DNA of 26,647 bases, from positions 1 to 26,647 of the forward strand of contig JBMYNR010000023.1 of assembly GCA_049598495.1 (NCBI GenBank), given 5' to 3'. The stretch's first letter is position 1, and each line of letters begins with the position of its first letter. A program made the position numbers and the translations under genes. This document shows positions 7,946 through 16,561 of the stretch, piece after piece. The notes under the pieces were generated by a model. The model was not told the origin of the DNA. It made no database searches and was given only the letters and a program-made list of their open reading frames with translations. This DNA comes from Opitutales bacterium. Lineage in GTDB: Bacteria > Verrucomicrobiota > Verrucomicrobiia > Opitutales > Coraliomargaritaceae.

Positions 7946-9202
7946 TTAGTGTCGATGTCCCCAACGACCACCTCGATTCAGTTGTGCATTCCCTAGGCGT
8001 TCACGCTGTTCGTCGGTCAAGTCAGAAGCACCTAGATAATTCACAAAGCTCTCAGGTGCTTTTGATTTCCATGTGGCGGCAACGCGTTCCATCATCCACA
8101 TGCGTCGCCGCTCATCTTCTATAGATTCGGCCCAGGTCATCGCCGTTTCCGGATCCTCTTCGGCTGCACGGAAGGTGTAGCTGATCACGGCGCGATCCAG
8201 TTCTGGGCTCGGCGGGAGCGTGTTGAGCCATTCGGCGGATGCGGAGAGATCGTAGCGAGTCCATTCCTGAATGATCGCCGCACTCGCTCGTGCGACTGCG
8301 GGATCCTCCTCCGGCAAACTGGAAAGCCAGGCGGCGGCTGATGCCGGATCGCTCTCCGCCCACTCGCTCAGAAGTGCGGACTTGATATGGGTCGAAGCAT
8401 CTTCCCCAAGTGATTCCACGTAGTTGGCCGCGGCGACAGGATCGTATTCTGCCCACTCGCCGACCAGTTCGCGACGCAGGCTGTTTTGAAGCTCTGGATC
8501 GCTCAGCGTATCGACGATTACCTTGGCTGACTGGAGCCCACCGTTTTCTATCTGAGTTTCGATGATTTCATCCAGGATACGGTTTCTGAATTCAGTTTCA
8601 GATCCCATCGCCTGTTGGAATGCGGCCTGCGGATTCGTTTGCGCATAGCCGCGGTAGATGGCGATCAGGTTTGACGAGCGGACACGGCGCGGTTCGTTTT
8701 GCAGAGTTTGATTGGCCCAGGCCAGTGCCCCCGCCGGATCGTTGCGGCCCCAAACTGTGAGGATGGACCGGCGTGCACTGTCACTATCACGAAGCGATTT
8801 GATGTTACCGGCGATCTCGAGTGCTGCCACCGGGTCTGTTTGCGCAATCTGACTCAATAATTGCCGAATGAGCTGTGATCGATTCGGGTCCGAAGCCGGG
8901 AGATTGAAGGCTTCGTTCAGAAGAGTCCGTGCATCGGAGATCGAGAGGCTGGATACATCCTTAAGTGCATCTACTAGGGATACGTCCTGCCCTTCGAGAT
9001 AGGCGATAAGGATATTGGCAGTCTCGGGAGTCTCCTGTTGTCCGGGTGACGCGACCGAAGCTGCCTCGAGCCGTGCGCTTGATTCGGGCTTTTCTGTGAG
9101 CGGGTCGGGGGGATCTGCATGTTGCAGCGAGCCGATCCAGTAGGTGGCGCCCAAGCTGACGAGCCAAACAGAAATGAAGAGGGTGGGTGGGGGACCTTTC
9201 AT
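7946..9202 (-). CDS. Hypothetical membrane-anchored alpha-helical repeat protein
   Basis: N-terminal hydrophobic segment, then repeats [78 protein letters not shown]. Confidence 0.8.
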   Translation of the reverse strand: MKGPPPTLFISVWLVSLGATYWIGSLQHADPPDPLTEKPESSARLEAASVASPGQQETPETANILIAYLEGQDVSLVDALKDVSSLSISDARTLLNEAFNLPASDPNRSQLIRQLLSQIAQTDPVAALEIAGNIKSLRDSDSARRSILTVWGRNDPAGALAWANQTLQNEPRRVRSSNLIAIYRGYAQTNPQAAFQQAMGSETEFRNRILDEIIETQIENGGLQSAKVIVDTLSDPELQNSLRRELVGEWAEYDPVAAANYVESLGEDASTHIKSALLSEWAESDPASAAAWLSSLPEEDPAVARASAAIIQEWTRYDLSASAEWLNTLPPSPELDRAVISYTFRAAEEDPETAMTWAESIEDERRRMWMMERVAATWKSKAPESFVNYLGASDLTDEQRERLGNAQLNRGGRWGHRH

Positions 9203-9563
9203 ATTAAAACGACTTCAGTTCAGCATCGAATCGTGGAATCGCAAGTCTCAGAAAAAAGTTACCCGCAGGCATCACTTTCATACTGCATCACATTCAAGGG
9301 CTCTAGGCTGTAGATCTTGCAATCTGCCACATTGTGAAACAATACATCACCAGAACAATGGCTCTAGCCCGGTTTGGCCAGCTCGATCAGTGCTCAAATT
9401 TTTGCATTTTACGTTTAACGACATTCGTCAGTCACCCTCCTGTCGAGGGGACCTCCGAAAGCGCCTTTTGAGGTGGCGATTCGATCTTCCTCCGCCATCA
9501 CTCGTTTCATCGGATGATCGGCTCCTGGCAAACATTGTTTGGGCCTAAGGCTTGATTTGTAAG

Positions 9564-10388
9564 ATGAAGATACCCATTGAAGACAGCTATAAGGATGTGA
9601 TTGAAAAGGCGGCCGTCGGGCAAGGTCTTGGCCATGCCGCCCTGGCGGAGCGGGCGGATTTAAGCCTCAAGCAGGTCCGGGCACTCATCGATGGAGATTA
9701 CAACGAAACCCACGTCCGCAGAATTGCCCCCTTGCTTGGCTTGAATGCAGATAAGCTCGTTTTTCTCGCCGAAGGGACCTGGCGGCCGAAAGCCGTCAAG
9801 TTGCCCGGTCTCGAGATGATGAATATGCCCTTTCCCTGGGCCGGCTATCCGAATGCCTCCGTGAATGCTTACGTCATCTGGAATCAGCTGACTAAGGAGG
9901 GTGTCGCCTTTGATGCAGGCGCCGAAGCCGCGCCCATTTTAAAATGCCTTGATGCGAAGGCAATTAACCTCAAGGCCCTTTTTTTAACGCATACACACCC
10001 TGATCATGTTGGGGGCTGCGAGGCCATGAAGGTAGCATTGCCCCGCTTGAGGGTTTTCACTTCTGCTGGCGAAGCCTACCCCGGCGCTGAGCCTGTGAAG
10101 GAGGGCGCCATATTTGAGCTTTGTGGCTTTCGAATTCGGGTGATTGGCACGAATGGACACTCTCCCGGGGCTTTGAGCTTTCAGGTTCGTGGCCTGCCGC
10201 AGGACTTGGTCTTTGTTGGGGATTCGCTCTTTTGTCTTTCCATGGGCGGTGCTCGCACTGCCTATCAGCTCGCACTTCAGAACAACCGTGAAAAACTAAT
10301 GAGTCTGCCGGGAGAGACAGTCCTTTGTCCAGGGCATGGCCCGATGACCTCCGTTGCGGAAGAGCGCGCCCATAATCCTTTTTTCTAG
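9564..10388 (+). CDS. MBL-fold metallo-hydrolase with N-terminal HTH-like domain
   Basis: THTHPDH, GHSPG, VGDSLF, PGHG. The N-terminal 'GLGHAALAERADLSLKQVRALIDG' resembles an XRE HTH. Confidence 0.88.
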   Translation: MKIPIEDSYKDVIEKAAVGQGLGHAALAERADLSLKQVRALIDGDYNETHVRRIAPLLGLNADKLVFLAEGTWRPKAVKLPGLEMMNMPFPWAGYPNASVNAYVIWNQLTKEGVAFDAGAEAAPILKCLDAKAINLKALFLTHTHPDHVGGCEAMKVALPRLRVFTSAGEAYPGAEPVKEGAIFELCGFRIRVIGTNGHSPGALSFQVRGLPQDLVFVGDSLFCLSMGGARTAYQLALQNNREKLMSLPGETVLCPGHGPMTSVAEERAHNPFF

Positions 10389-10518
10389 CCGGATTGCTGA
10401 AGGGCCTTTACCAGCTTCGGTAGAGCGTTTCCTGCCTCCTCGGCGATACAGGTGAATTCCCGTTGCAGATCTCGGGCAGGGAGCTCCGGGTTGATTAGAT
10501 ATTTGCTGTCGATTCGGC

Positions 10519-10772
10519 TTAGAAGTGTCGCCTTGCAAACTCACGCCCTGATCCGGATTCTAGGTATTTCTCGAAGGCGCGCGCCTTTTGGGGGTCGCTG
10601 AATCGAACAGCGGTTTCCAGCCTCCACGGTCGATACTTCGCGGTATGAAATATATCTCCTTGTTGTGTTTCGAAAGGCGGCTCTTTAGATCTTTCGTGCA
10701 ACCCGTGTAGTGTCTATCGGGTTCGTTTTCGCTTCGCAGAATATACACGTAAGAGATGTCGGGGGACTGCAT
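10519..10772 (-). pseudogene. GIY-YIG nuclease, split by a one-base frameshift near 10660
   Basis: Frame 1 'SYVYILRSENEPDRHYTGCTKDLKSRLSKHN' joins frame 2 'GDIFHTAKYRPWRLE...ARAFEKYLESGSGREFARRHF'. The 254 nt are one base short of an 84-aa ORF. Confidence 0.85.
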
Positions 10773-10879
10773 GCCAAGCCGCAGTCTTGAGCGAAAATGT
10801 CCATGGTGTCGAGTCCGCCTGCGCGCCTTTAGCGGCTCCGGCATGACAGCCTTCTCTTTCGCTGCGCCCAAGCGAAGGC

Positions 10880-10900
10880 TGGTAGGCCGTCGGGGACTCG
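10880..10900 (-). repeat. Duplicate of the tRNA-Lys 3' end, ending in CCA
   Basis: 10882-10900 is identical to 11045-11063 (19 bp). The minus strand reads CGAGTCCCCGACGGCCTA-CCA. Confidence 0.9.
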
Positions 10901-11003
10901 TTCCGAGCCTTGAGCTTGTCGAAAGGCGACAAGACCGGGTCCCGCTTAGCGGGAAACCGGACCACCGCAGGTGAAGAGTCCCCACGAAGCTGTCGAAGTG
11001 CAC

Positions 11004-11034
11004 AAAAAAGCCCACGAGCAGGAAGCTGGCGGGC
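11004..11034 (-). terminator. Intrinsic terminator of tRNA-Lys
   Basis: Minus strand GCCCGCCAGC-ttcct-GCTCGTGGGC-TTTTTT (imperfect stem). Confidence 0.7.
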
Positions 11035-11045
11035 GGGAAAGAAAG

Positions 11046-11118
<73 letters not shown>

Positions 11119-11134
11119 CTACACAGAGCGCGGG

Positions 11135-11163
11135 AGTCAAGAAAGCTATACTACCCTTGTCAA
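11135..11163 (-). promoter_or_regulatory. Candidate tRNA promoter
   Basis: Perfect TTGACA (11163-11158), a 17-nt spacer, a weak -10 TTGACT, then GC-rich CCCGCGC resembling a discriminator. Confidence 0.4.
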
Positions 11164-11206
11164 GAATAGGAAAAGTAATTTTTTCTTTCTTTGAACGAAG
11201 TTTTCA

Positions 11207-11234
11207 GGAACAAATCTAAAGATTACACGATCTA
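11207..11234 (+). promoter_or_regulatory. Candidate ECF-type promoter
   Basis: GGAAC(11207-11211)-17 nt-GATCTA directly upstream of the ECF sigma gene. Confidence 0.35.
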
Positions 11235-11252
11235 CCCTAAGTGAACCCAAGC

Positions 11253-11855
11253 ATGACGACGAAAACGGAAATAATCCCCACGGATGATCGACTGATAGAG
11301 CGCATTCTAGAAGGGGATACGGCAGCCTACAACGACATGGTGGCCCGTTATTACGATCGTATCTTCGCGCGCGTCTCGCAACTCCTGAAAAATAAGCAGG
11401 ACGCGGAAGAGGTGACGCAGGATGCCTTTATTCGTGCACACCGTGGGTTGGAGAATTTTCGCGGAGAGGCTTCCTTCTCCACCTGGCTTTATCAGATCGC
11501 CACAAATTTGGCTCATAATCGCTATTGGTATTGGTTTCGCCGGAAGCGCGAGCAGTCCATTTCTCTGGATCAGTCGCTTACTGATGACGGTGATTTGACG
11601 CTTGAAAATGTCATGCCTTGCTCTGGGGAGACTCCGGCAGAAGCTGCTGTCACTCAAGAGTTCGTGGACCGAGTCTCCGCCTGTATGGACGAGCTCAGTA
11701 AAATGCACAAAGAGATCTTAATCCTACGAAATGTCAGAAACCTCACTTATGACGAGATCGCACAGCAACTTGAAATCAGTGTGGGAACCGTTAAAAGCAG
11801 GATTGCCCGCGCGCGGGAAAGTCTGCGAGATTTGATGGGTGACGATTTTGCATGA
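11253..11855 (+). CDS. ECF (RpoE-like) sigma factor
   Basis: DAEEVTQDAFIRA, FSTWLYQIATN, LTYDEIAQQLEISVGTVKSRIARAR. Alternative GTG start at 11241. Confidence 0.95.
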   Translation: MTTKTEIIPTDDRLIERILEGDTAAYNDMVARYYDRIFARVSQLLKNKQDAEEVTQDAFIRAHRGLENFRGEASFSTWLYQIATNLAHNRYWYWFRRKREQSISLDQSLTDDGDLTLENVMPCSGETPAEAAVTQEFVDRVSACMDELSKMHKEILILRNVRNLTYDEIAQQLEISVGTVKSRIARARESLRDLMGDDFA

Positions 11856-12700
11856 CGGAAGACAGGTTTACAGAGCTCACCAATCTTTATCTCGATAAAG
11901 AAATCTCGGAAAAGCAGCTCGTGGAGTTGAAGGCTGAACTTGCTGTGAATTCTCAGCGACAGGCAGAGTTCCAGGAGCGTTGCCGCCTTCATCAAGCAAT
12001 GCGATTGGCTCTCGACTCTGATTCGAGTCAGGGTAGGCGCACGACCAGCCGTTCCCCGCTGAAGGCAGGCAGGCGCTCTGGTGAGCGCTCTGGTGGGCGC
12101 TCTGACCGTGAGCGCCAAGGTTCGGGGCGCCGCGCCTCATCGCGAGTCCCTCCTGTATCCGGTGCCCGTGTGAACAAAGCCCGTGTGAACAAAGCCCGTG
12201 AAGGCACCCGCCCCCCGGTTGGCTTTCCGCGTTGGGTTCTCGGCTTGGGTTTGATGGCTTCCGCTGTCATGGCCTTTCTGTTCTTGTCGTCCGTCTTTCG
12301 TGATCACACGCAAGTTGCGGCCCTGCCTCAGTTTGAGGGTTCGGATACTAAAGACCTGTCTCCCGGCGACCCGCTGGATGCGATTGGCCGCACGGATTTA
12401 CGCCGCTTTGCGACCATTCAGGAACAACGCACCTTCAACCAGAGGGCGAGTCTTGCTGCCCAGTTGCGCTTAATGGGCCTCCGTCCGGAAATGACACCGC
12501 AGAAAAAGGAATTACGCTCGGTCAGTCTTGACGCGCTTCAACCGAAAGTGCTTCGCCATAGTCGGTCGGCAATGCTGCAACCATTGCAGTCGTTCAGCCC
12601 GATGCCCGCACCACAAATTCTTCGCAAGGTTCCGGGGGTGGTTGAGCCCCTGCCAAAGTGGCCAGGGGGCTTCCAGTCCTCGCTGGCGAGTTTTAAGTGA
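11852..12700 (+). CDS. Putative membrane-bound anti-sigma factor
   Basis: ATGA overlap with the ECF stop, N-terminal 'ELTNLYLDKEIS...L', and one TM segment (WVLGLGLMASAVMAFLFLSSVF). Confidence 0.65.
   Translation: MTEDRFTELTNLYLDKEISEKQLVELKAELAVNSQRQAEFQERCRLHQAMRLALDSDSSQGRRTTSRSPLKAGRRSGERSGGRSDRERQGSGRRASSRVPPVSGARVNKARVNKAREGTRPPVGFPRWVLGLGLMASAVMAFLFLSSVFRDHTQVAALPQFEGSDTKDLSPGDPLDAIGRTDLRRFATIQEQRTFNQRASLAAQLRLMGLRPEMTPQKKELRSVSLDALQPKVLRHSRSAMLQPLQSFSPMPAPQILRKVPGVVEPLPKWPGGFQSSLASFK
12071..12200 (+). repeat. In-frame tandem repeats (12 bp x3; 15 bp x2.5)
   Basis: NNGCGCTCTGNN at 12071, 12083 and 12095. GCCCGTGTGAACAAA at 12164 and 12179, with a partial copy at 12194. Confidence 0.85.
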
Positions 12701-12781
12701 TTACTGGTAAATCCCCGCTTTCCGCTTGCGTCCTCGCTTTGGAATCGCACTTCTTCATAGCTCGTTTTTCTATTTCTTTCT

Positions 12782-14035
12782 ATGAAGATTGTACTCGCAT
12801 ACTCTGGAGGACTCGACACCTCCGTCCTCGTTAGTTGGCTTAAGGAGCACTATTCCGCCGAGATTATTACTTTTGCTGCGGATGTCGGTCAGGAAGAGGA
12901 ACTCGATGGTTTGGCTGAGAAAGCCAAGGCGACCGGGGCCTCGGCGCACTACACAGTCGATCTGGTTGACGAGTTTGCCCGTGATTTCATCTATCCGATC
13001 ATTCGGGCCAATGCGATCTACGAAGGCCAGTATTTTCTGGGCACCTCGATCGCGCGTCCATTGATCGGTAAGGCGCATGTAGAAATCGCCGAGCGCGAAG
13101 GAGCGGATGCCGTCGCACACGGTGCCACAGGGAAGGGGAATGATCAGGTCCGCTTTGAGCTCGCCTATGCGGCCCTTGCTCCGAAACTGCAGATCATCTC
13201 TCCATGGCGAATGGATGTCTTTCGTCAGGCTTTTCCGGGACGCTCGGAAATGATCGATTACTGCCGGGCCCATCACATCGATGTCGAAGCGAGTGCTTCG
13301 AAGCCCTACTCGATGGACCGCAACCTACTGCACATTTCCTACGAAGCCGGCATCCTTGAGGACCCCTGGTTTGACCCGACAACAGCGGATAACAAGGGAA
13401 TGTATAAGCTCACAACGGATCCGCAGGACGCGCCTGATGAGCCGGAATATCTCGAGCTCGATTTTGAGCGCGGCGACTGTGTTGCGGTCAATGGTGTGGC
13501 GATGACACCTGCGCAAGTGATGAAGTGCCTCAATAAACTAGCTGGTAAGCACGGCGTTGGCCGTGTGGATATTATTGAAAATCGCTTTGTCGGCATGAAG
13601 AGTCGTGGTGTCTACGAGACTCCGGGTGGAACGATCCTGATGCACGCGCACCGGAACATGGAAACGCTCACCATGGATCGAGAGCTTTCCCATCTACGGG
13701 ACAGCTTGATTCCGCGTTACGCACAGCTTGTTTACAACGGCTTTTGGTATGCCCCGGAGCGGGAAGCTCTGCAGGCGTTTATTGACGATTCTCAAAAGAC
13801 CGTCACCGGAACGGTTCGGCTCAAGCTTTACAAGGGTAACATTACGACAGTTGGGCGGAAGTCGCCTCTTTCTCTTTACGATGAAGACATCGCTTCGATG
13901 GAGGGCGTCGAGAGTGATTACAATCCCGATGATGCAACTGGCTTCATCCGTTTGAATGCGCTTCGCCTCCGCCGCCGTGCAATCGCTCAGGGTGGCCCCG
14001 AAATCGCCTCGGAGAGTAAGCTTTCCAAGGAGTAA
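12782..14035 (+). CDS. argG: Argininosuccinate synthase
   Basis: [49 protein letters not shown]. Confidence 0.98.
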   Translation: MKIVLAYSGGLDTSVLVSWLKEHYSAEIITFAADVGQEEELDGLAEKAKATGASAHYTVDLVDEFARDFIYPIIRANAIYEGQYFLGTSIARPLIGKAHVEIAEREGADAVAHGATGKGNDQVRFELAYAALAPKLQIISPWRMDVFRQAFPGRSEMIDYCRAHHIDVEASASKPYSMDRNLLHISYEAGILEDPWFDPTTADNKGMYKLTTDPQDAPDEPEYLELDFERGDCVAVNGVAMTPAQVMKCLNKLAGKHGVGRVDIIENRFVGMKSRGVYETPGGTILMHAHRNMETLTMDRELSHLRDSLIPRYAQLVYNGFWYAPEREALQAFIDDSQKTVTGTVRLKLYKGNITTVGRKSPLSLYDEDIASMEGVESDYNPDDATGFIRLNALRLRRRAIAQGGPEIASESKLSKE

Positions 14036-14040
14036 ATTAT

Positions 14041-14119
14041 GTAGGGCTCGAGTTTGCTCGATGCCGAGCACATACGCAGGCTTTGTATATTACCCGGCCT
14101 TAGCTTGCTAAGGCCCTAC
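14041..14119. repeat. GTAG-type REP doublet
   Basis: GTAG-GGCTCGAG-tttg-CTCGAtGCC and GGCCTTAGC-tt-GCTAAGGCC-CTAC. Confidence 0.75.
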
Positions 14120-14129
14120 GATCTCAATT

Positions 14130-14882
14130 ATGTCCAGCACCAATATCCTTCTTGGCGTCAATGTCGACCACGTCGCTACGGTGCGGCAGGCGCGCTACCG
14201 AGAGCACGCTCTCGATCATGGGGATGAGGTTGAACCGGACTGTGTCCAATTTGCCCTGCTCAGTGAGCGGGCAGGGGCCGACGGGATCACCATGCACCTA
14301 AGGGAGGATCGGCGTCATGTTCAGGATTCGGATATTCGACGCGCGCGTGCGGATTTGGCTACGCGTCTCAATCTCGAGATGGCTTGTACGGAGGAGATGA
14401 TTGCGTATGCCCTCGAGCTCAAGCCGGACTCTGTTTGTCTCGTTCCCGAAAGTCGCGAAGAAGTCACCACGGAGGGTGGCTTGGATGTGCTCGGTCAGAA
14501 ATCCCGAGTGGGCGAGGTTGTTGCCGCGATGACCGATGCAGGCATTGTAACCAGTTTGTTTATTGATCCCGATCCGGAGCAGATCGATGCGGCGGCCGAA
14601 TTGAAGAGCCCCTGGATTGAACTGCACACCGGGGCATATGCGAATGCTTACTTTCATGGTGGACGCAGTCGCGAGTTGGATACCCTTCGTTCCGGAGCCG
14701 AGCAAGCACATGCGCTCGGCTTGGTTGTGAATGCAGGGCATGGAATTAACTACACCAATATCGCAGAAGTTATCACGCTGCCTCATCTTCACGAATTGAA
14801 CATAGGCCATTCGATCATCAGTCGTTCTCTTTTTGTGGGCGTCGATCAGGCTGTGCGTGAAATGAAGGCCGCTCTTGCCTAA
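14130..14882 (+). CDS. pdxJ: Pyridoxine 5'-phosphate synthase
   Basis: [50 protein letters not shown]. Confidence 0.97.
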   Translation: MSSTNILLGVNVDHVATVRQARYREHALDHGDEVEPDCVQFALLSERAGADGITMHLREDRRHVQDSDIRRARADLATRLNLEMACTEEMIAYALELKPDSVCLVPESREEVTTEGGLDVLGQKSRVGEVVAAMTDAGIVTSLFIDPDPEQIDAAAELKSPWIELHTGAYANAYFHGGRSRELDTLRSGAEQAHALGLVVNAGHGINYTNIAEVITLPHLHELNIGHSIISRSLFVGVDQAVREMKAALA

Positions 14883-14974
14883 ACGCCTCTCGACTAAGGA
14901 ACGGCGGATGAATAACCGCTTGCCTCAATTCAAGAGCTGTTGTTAGGTTACATGCTTATTCGGATAAATACACT

Positions 14975-16558
14975 ATGTCCTCTTTCATCTATGCGGATCC
15001 TGTTTTGTCCTGCCAGCAAGCAGGTGAGTTTGAACGCTCGATCCTGAAAGATGAGGCAGCAGAATGGTCGGCCATGGTGTCAGCGGGTAAGCGAATTGCT
15101 GAGTGGGTCATTCGGGATTATTTGGAATTTAAAATTGTTCCCGAGCGGCTTCGTATTCTCGCCCTTATCGGTAAGGGGAACAATGCGGGTGACGCTCTCA
15201 TTGCCTGTGCGCAAATCCTAGCGGATTATCCTCGAGCACGTGTTGAATTGATTCTCACTTCTCCGCCTGATGATCTACGGCCCCTCGCTGCTCGGGCGCT
15301 GCAGGAGTTAGAGGGCCGTGTTCACGCCCATCAGGTATGGGGCGAGGAGCCTAGCTCGGATTTTTTGAGTTTGCTGCACGAGATAGGTGGGGACGCAGGA
15401 TTTCATCTCTGCATCGACGGTCTTCTGGGTATGTCTTTCAAGCCCCCGCTCAAGGAACCTCTTTCAAGCCTGATCGAAGCGGTCAACGCTTATGAGTTGA
15501 TTGATATCCGAGCTTCGGTGGATTTGCCCAGTGGTAAGGGTGATGCATCTGATGGCCCAGCATTTGATGCGGATTTTACTTATGCGACGGGCATTGCCAA
15601 GCGGCCGGTCTTTGGCGGTGTCGCCGACTGTGGTCGTGTCCGTTTCATTGATCTCGGATTTTTCACTGAGGAAGCGGTAGGTAAGCTGACTCAGAAAGAG
15701 TCGATTCTCTCGCCGAGAGTTTTGGAGCCCATGCGTCGTTTGCGACCTGCTGTTGCGGATAAGCGTGCTTTTGGCCATCTTTTTATTGTTGGGGGCTCTG
15801 CCTATATGCCGGGTGCCTTGCTGATGTCGGTTCAAGCAGCCGTGCGTTCCGGGGTTGGTTTGGTGACCGCCTTTGCTCCTGCCTCGGTCGCGGCGGCGCT
15901 TTCTGCGCAGGTGCCGGAAGCGATGTGGATTCCATGGCCGGAAACGAATAACGGGACACTCAATCCAAAGGCGATCCCTCTCCTGCTGGATCGTATCGGA
16001 AAGGCAACAGCGGTCCTCGTGGGGCCGGGTATGGGGCAGGACCGAAATACGGAGCTTGTTGCTCAGGAGATCGTCAAGCTGGTCGAATTGCCGGTCGTAT
16101 TGGATGCCGATGCTCTTCGTTTGCGCGTGATGGAGGTCGCGCAGAAGCGTAAGCCGCACTTCGGGACCGTGGTGGCGACTCCCCACATGGGTGAGTTTAT
16201 CCGTATCGCGAAACTTTCCGACTCGGACTTTTCGATTCAGACTCAGCTAGACGTCTCTAAATTCTATCGAATCATGACTGTGCTCAAGGGGCCGAATACC
16301 CGTATCTGCGACGGTGATTCCGTCATCTATAGCACGCATGGTGGTCCTGTGCTTTCACGTGGTGGAAGCGGTGATATTCTCGCGGGGCTCCTCGGTGGGA
16401 TTGTTGCCCAAGACAATGATCATGTCCGCGTATCCGTCTGCCAGGGGGTGATGCTGCACGGGCTTGCCGCCGAGCGCCTCGCGCGCGCCCGCGGGCAGGT
16501 TGCGGTGCGCACAACCCAGATATTGGAATATATTTCCGAGGTTTTGAGAGAGGCCTAG
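14975..16558 (+). CDS. nnr: Bifunctional NAD(P)H-hydrate epimerase/dehydratase
   Basis: YjeF_N motifs GKGNNAGD, DGLLG, VDLPSG; dehydratase motifs GPGMG, VLDADAL, TPHMGEF, VLKG, GGSGDILAG. Confidence 0.93.
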   Translation: MSSFIYADPVLSCQQAGEFERSILKDEAAEWSAMVSAGKRIAEWVIRDYLEFKIVPERLRILALIGKGNNAGDALIACAQILADYPRARVELILTSPPDDLRPLAARALQELEGRVHAHQVWGEEPSSDFLSLLHEIGGDAGFHLCIDGLLGMSFKPPLKEPLSSLIEAVNAYELIDIRASVDLPSGKGDASDGPAFDADFTYATGIAKRPVFGGVADCGRVRFIDLGFFTEEAVGKLTQKESILSPRVLEPMRRLRPAVADKRAFGHLFIVGGSAYMPGALLMSVQAAVRSGVGLVTAFAPASVAAALSAQVPEAMWIPWPETNNGTLNPKAIPLLLDRIGKATAVLVGPGMGQDRNTELVAQEIVKLVELPVVLDADALRLRVMEVAQKRKPHFGTVVATPHMGEFIRIAKLSDSDFSIQTQLDVSKFYRIMTVLKGPNTRICDGDSVIYSTHGGPVLSRGGSGDILAGLLGGIVAQDNDHVRVSVCQGVMLHGLAAERLARARGQVAVRTTQILEYISEVLREA

Positions 16559-16561
16559 CAG

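Noticed and set aside
9144..9548. 134-aa ORF in the divergent spacer
   Set aside because: It overlaps the start of the opposite-strand gene and has atypical composition with no motif.
15464..16186. Long antisense ORFs (240 aa here; also 1628-2179, 12770-13276, 14298-14810, 16847-17377, 22792-23205)
   Set aside because: Shadow frames opposite well-conserved genes, expected from codon bias.
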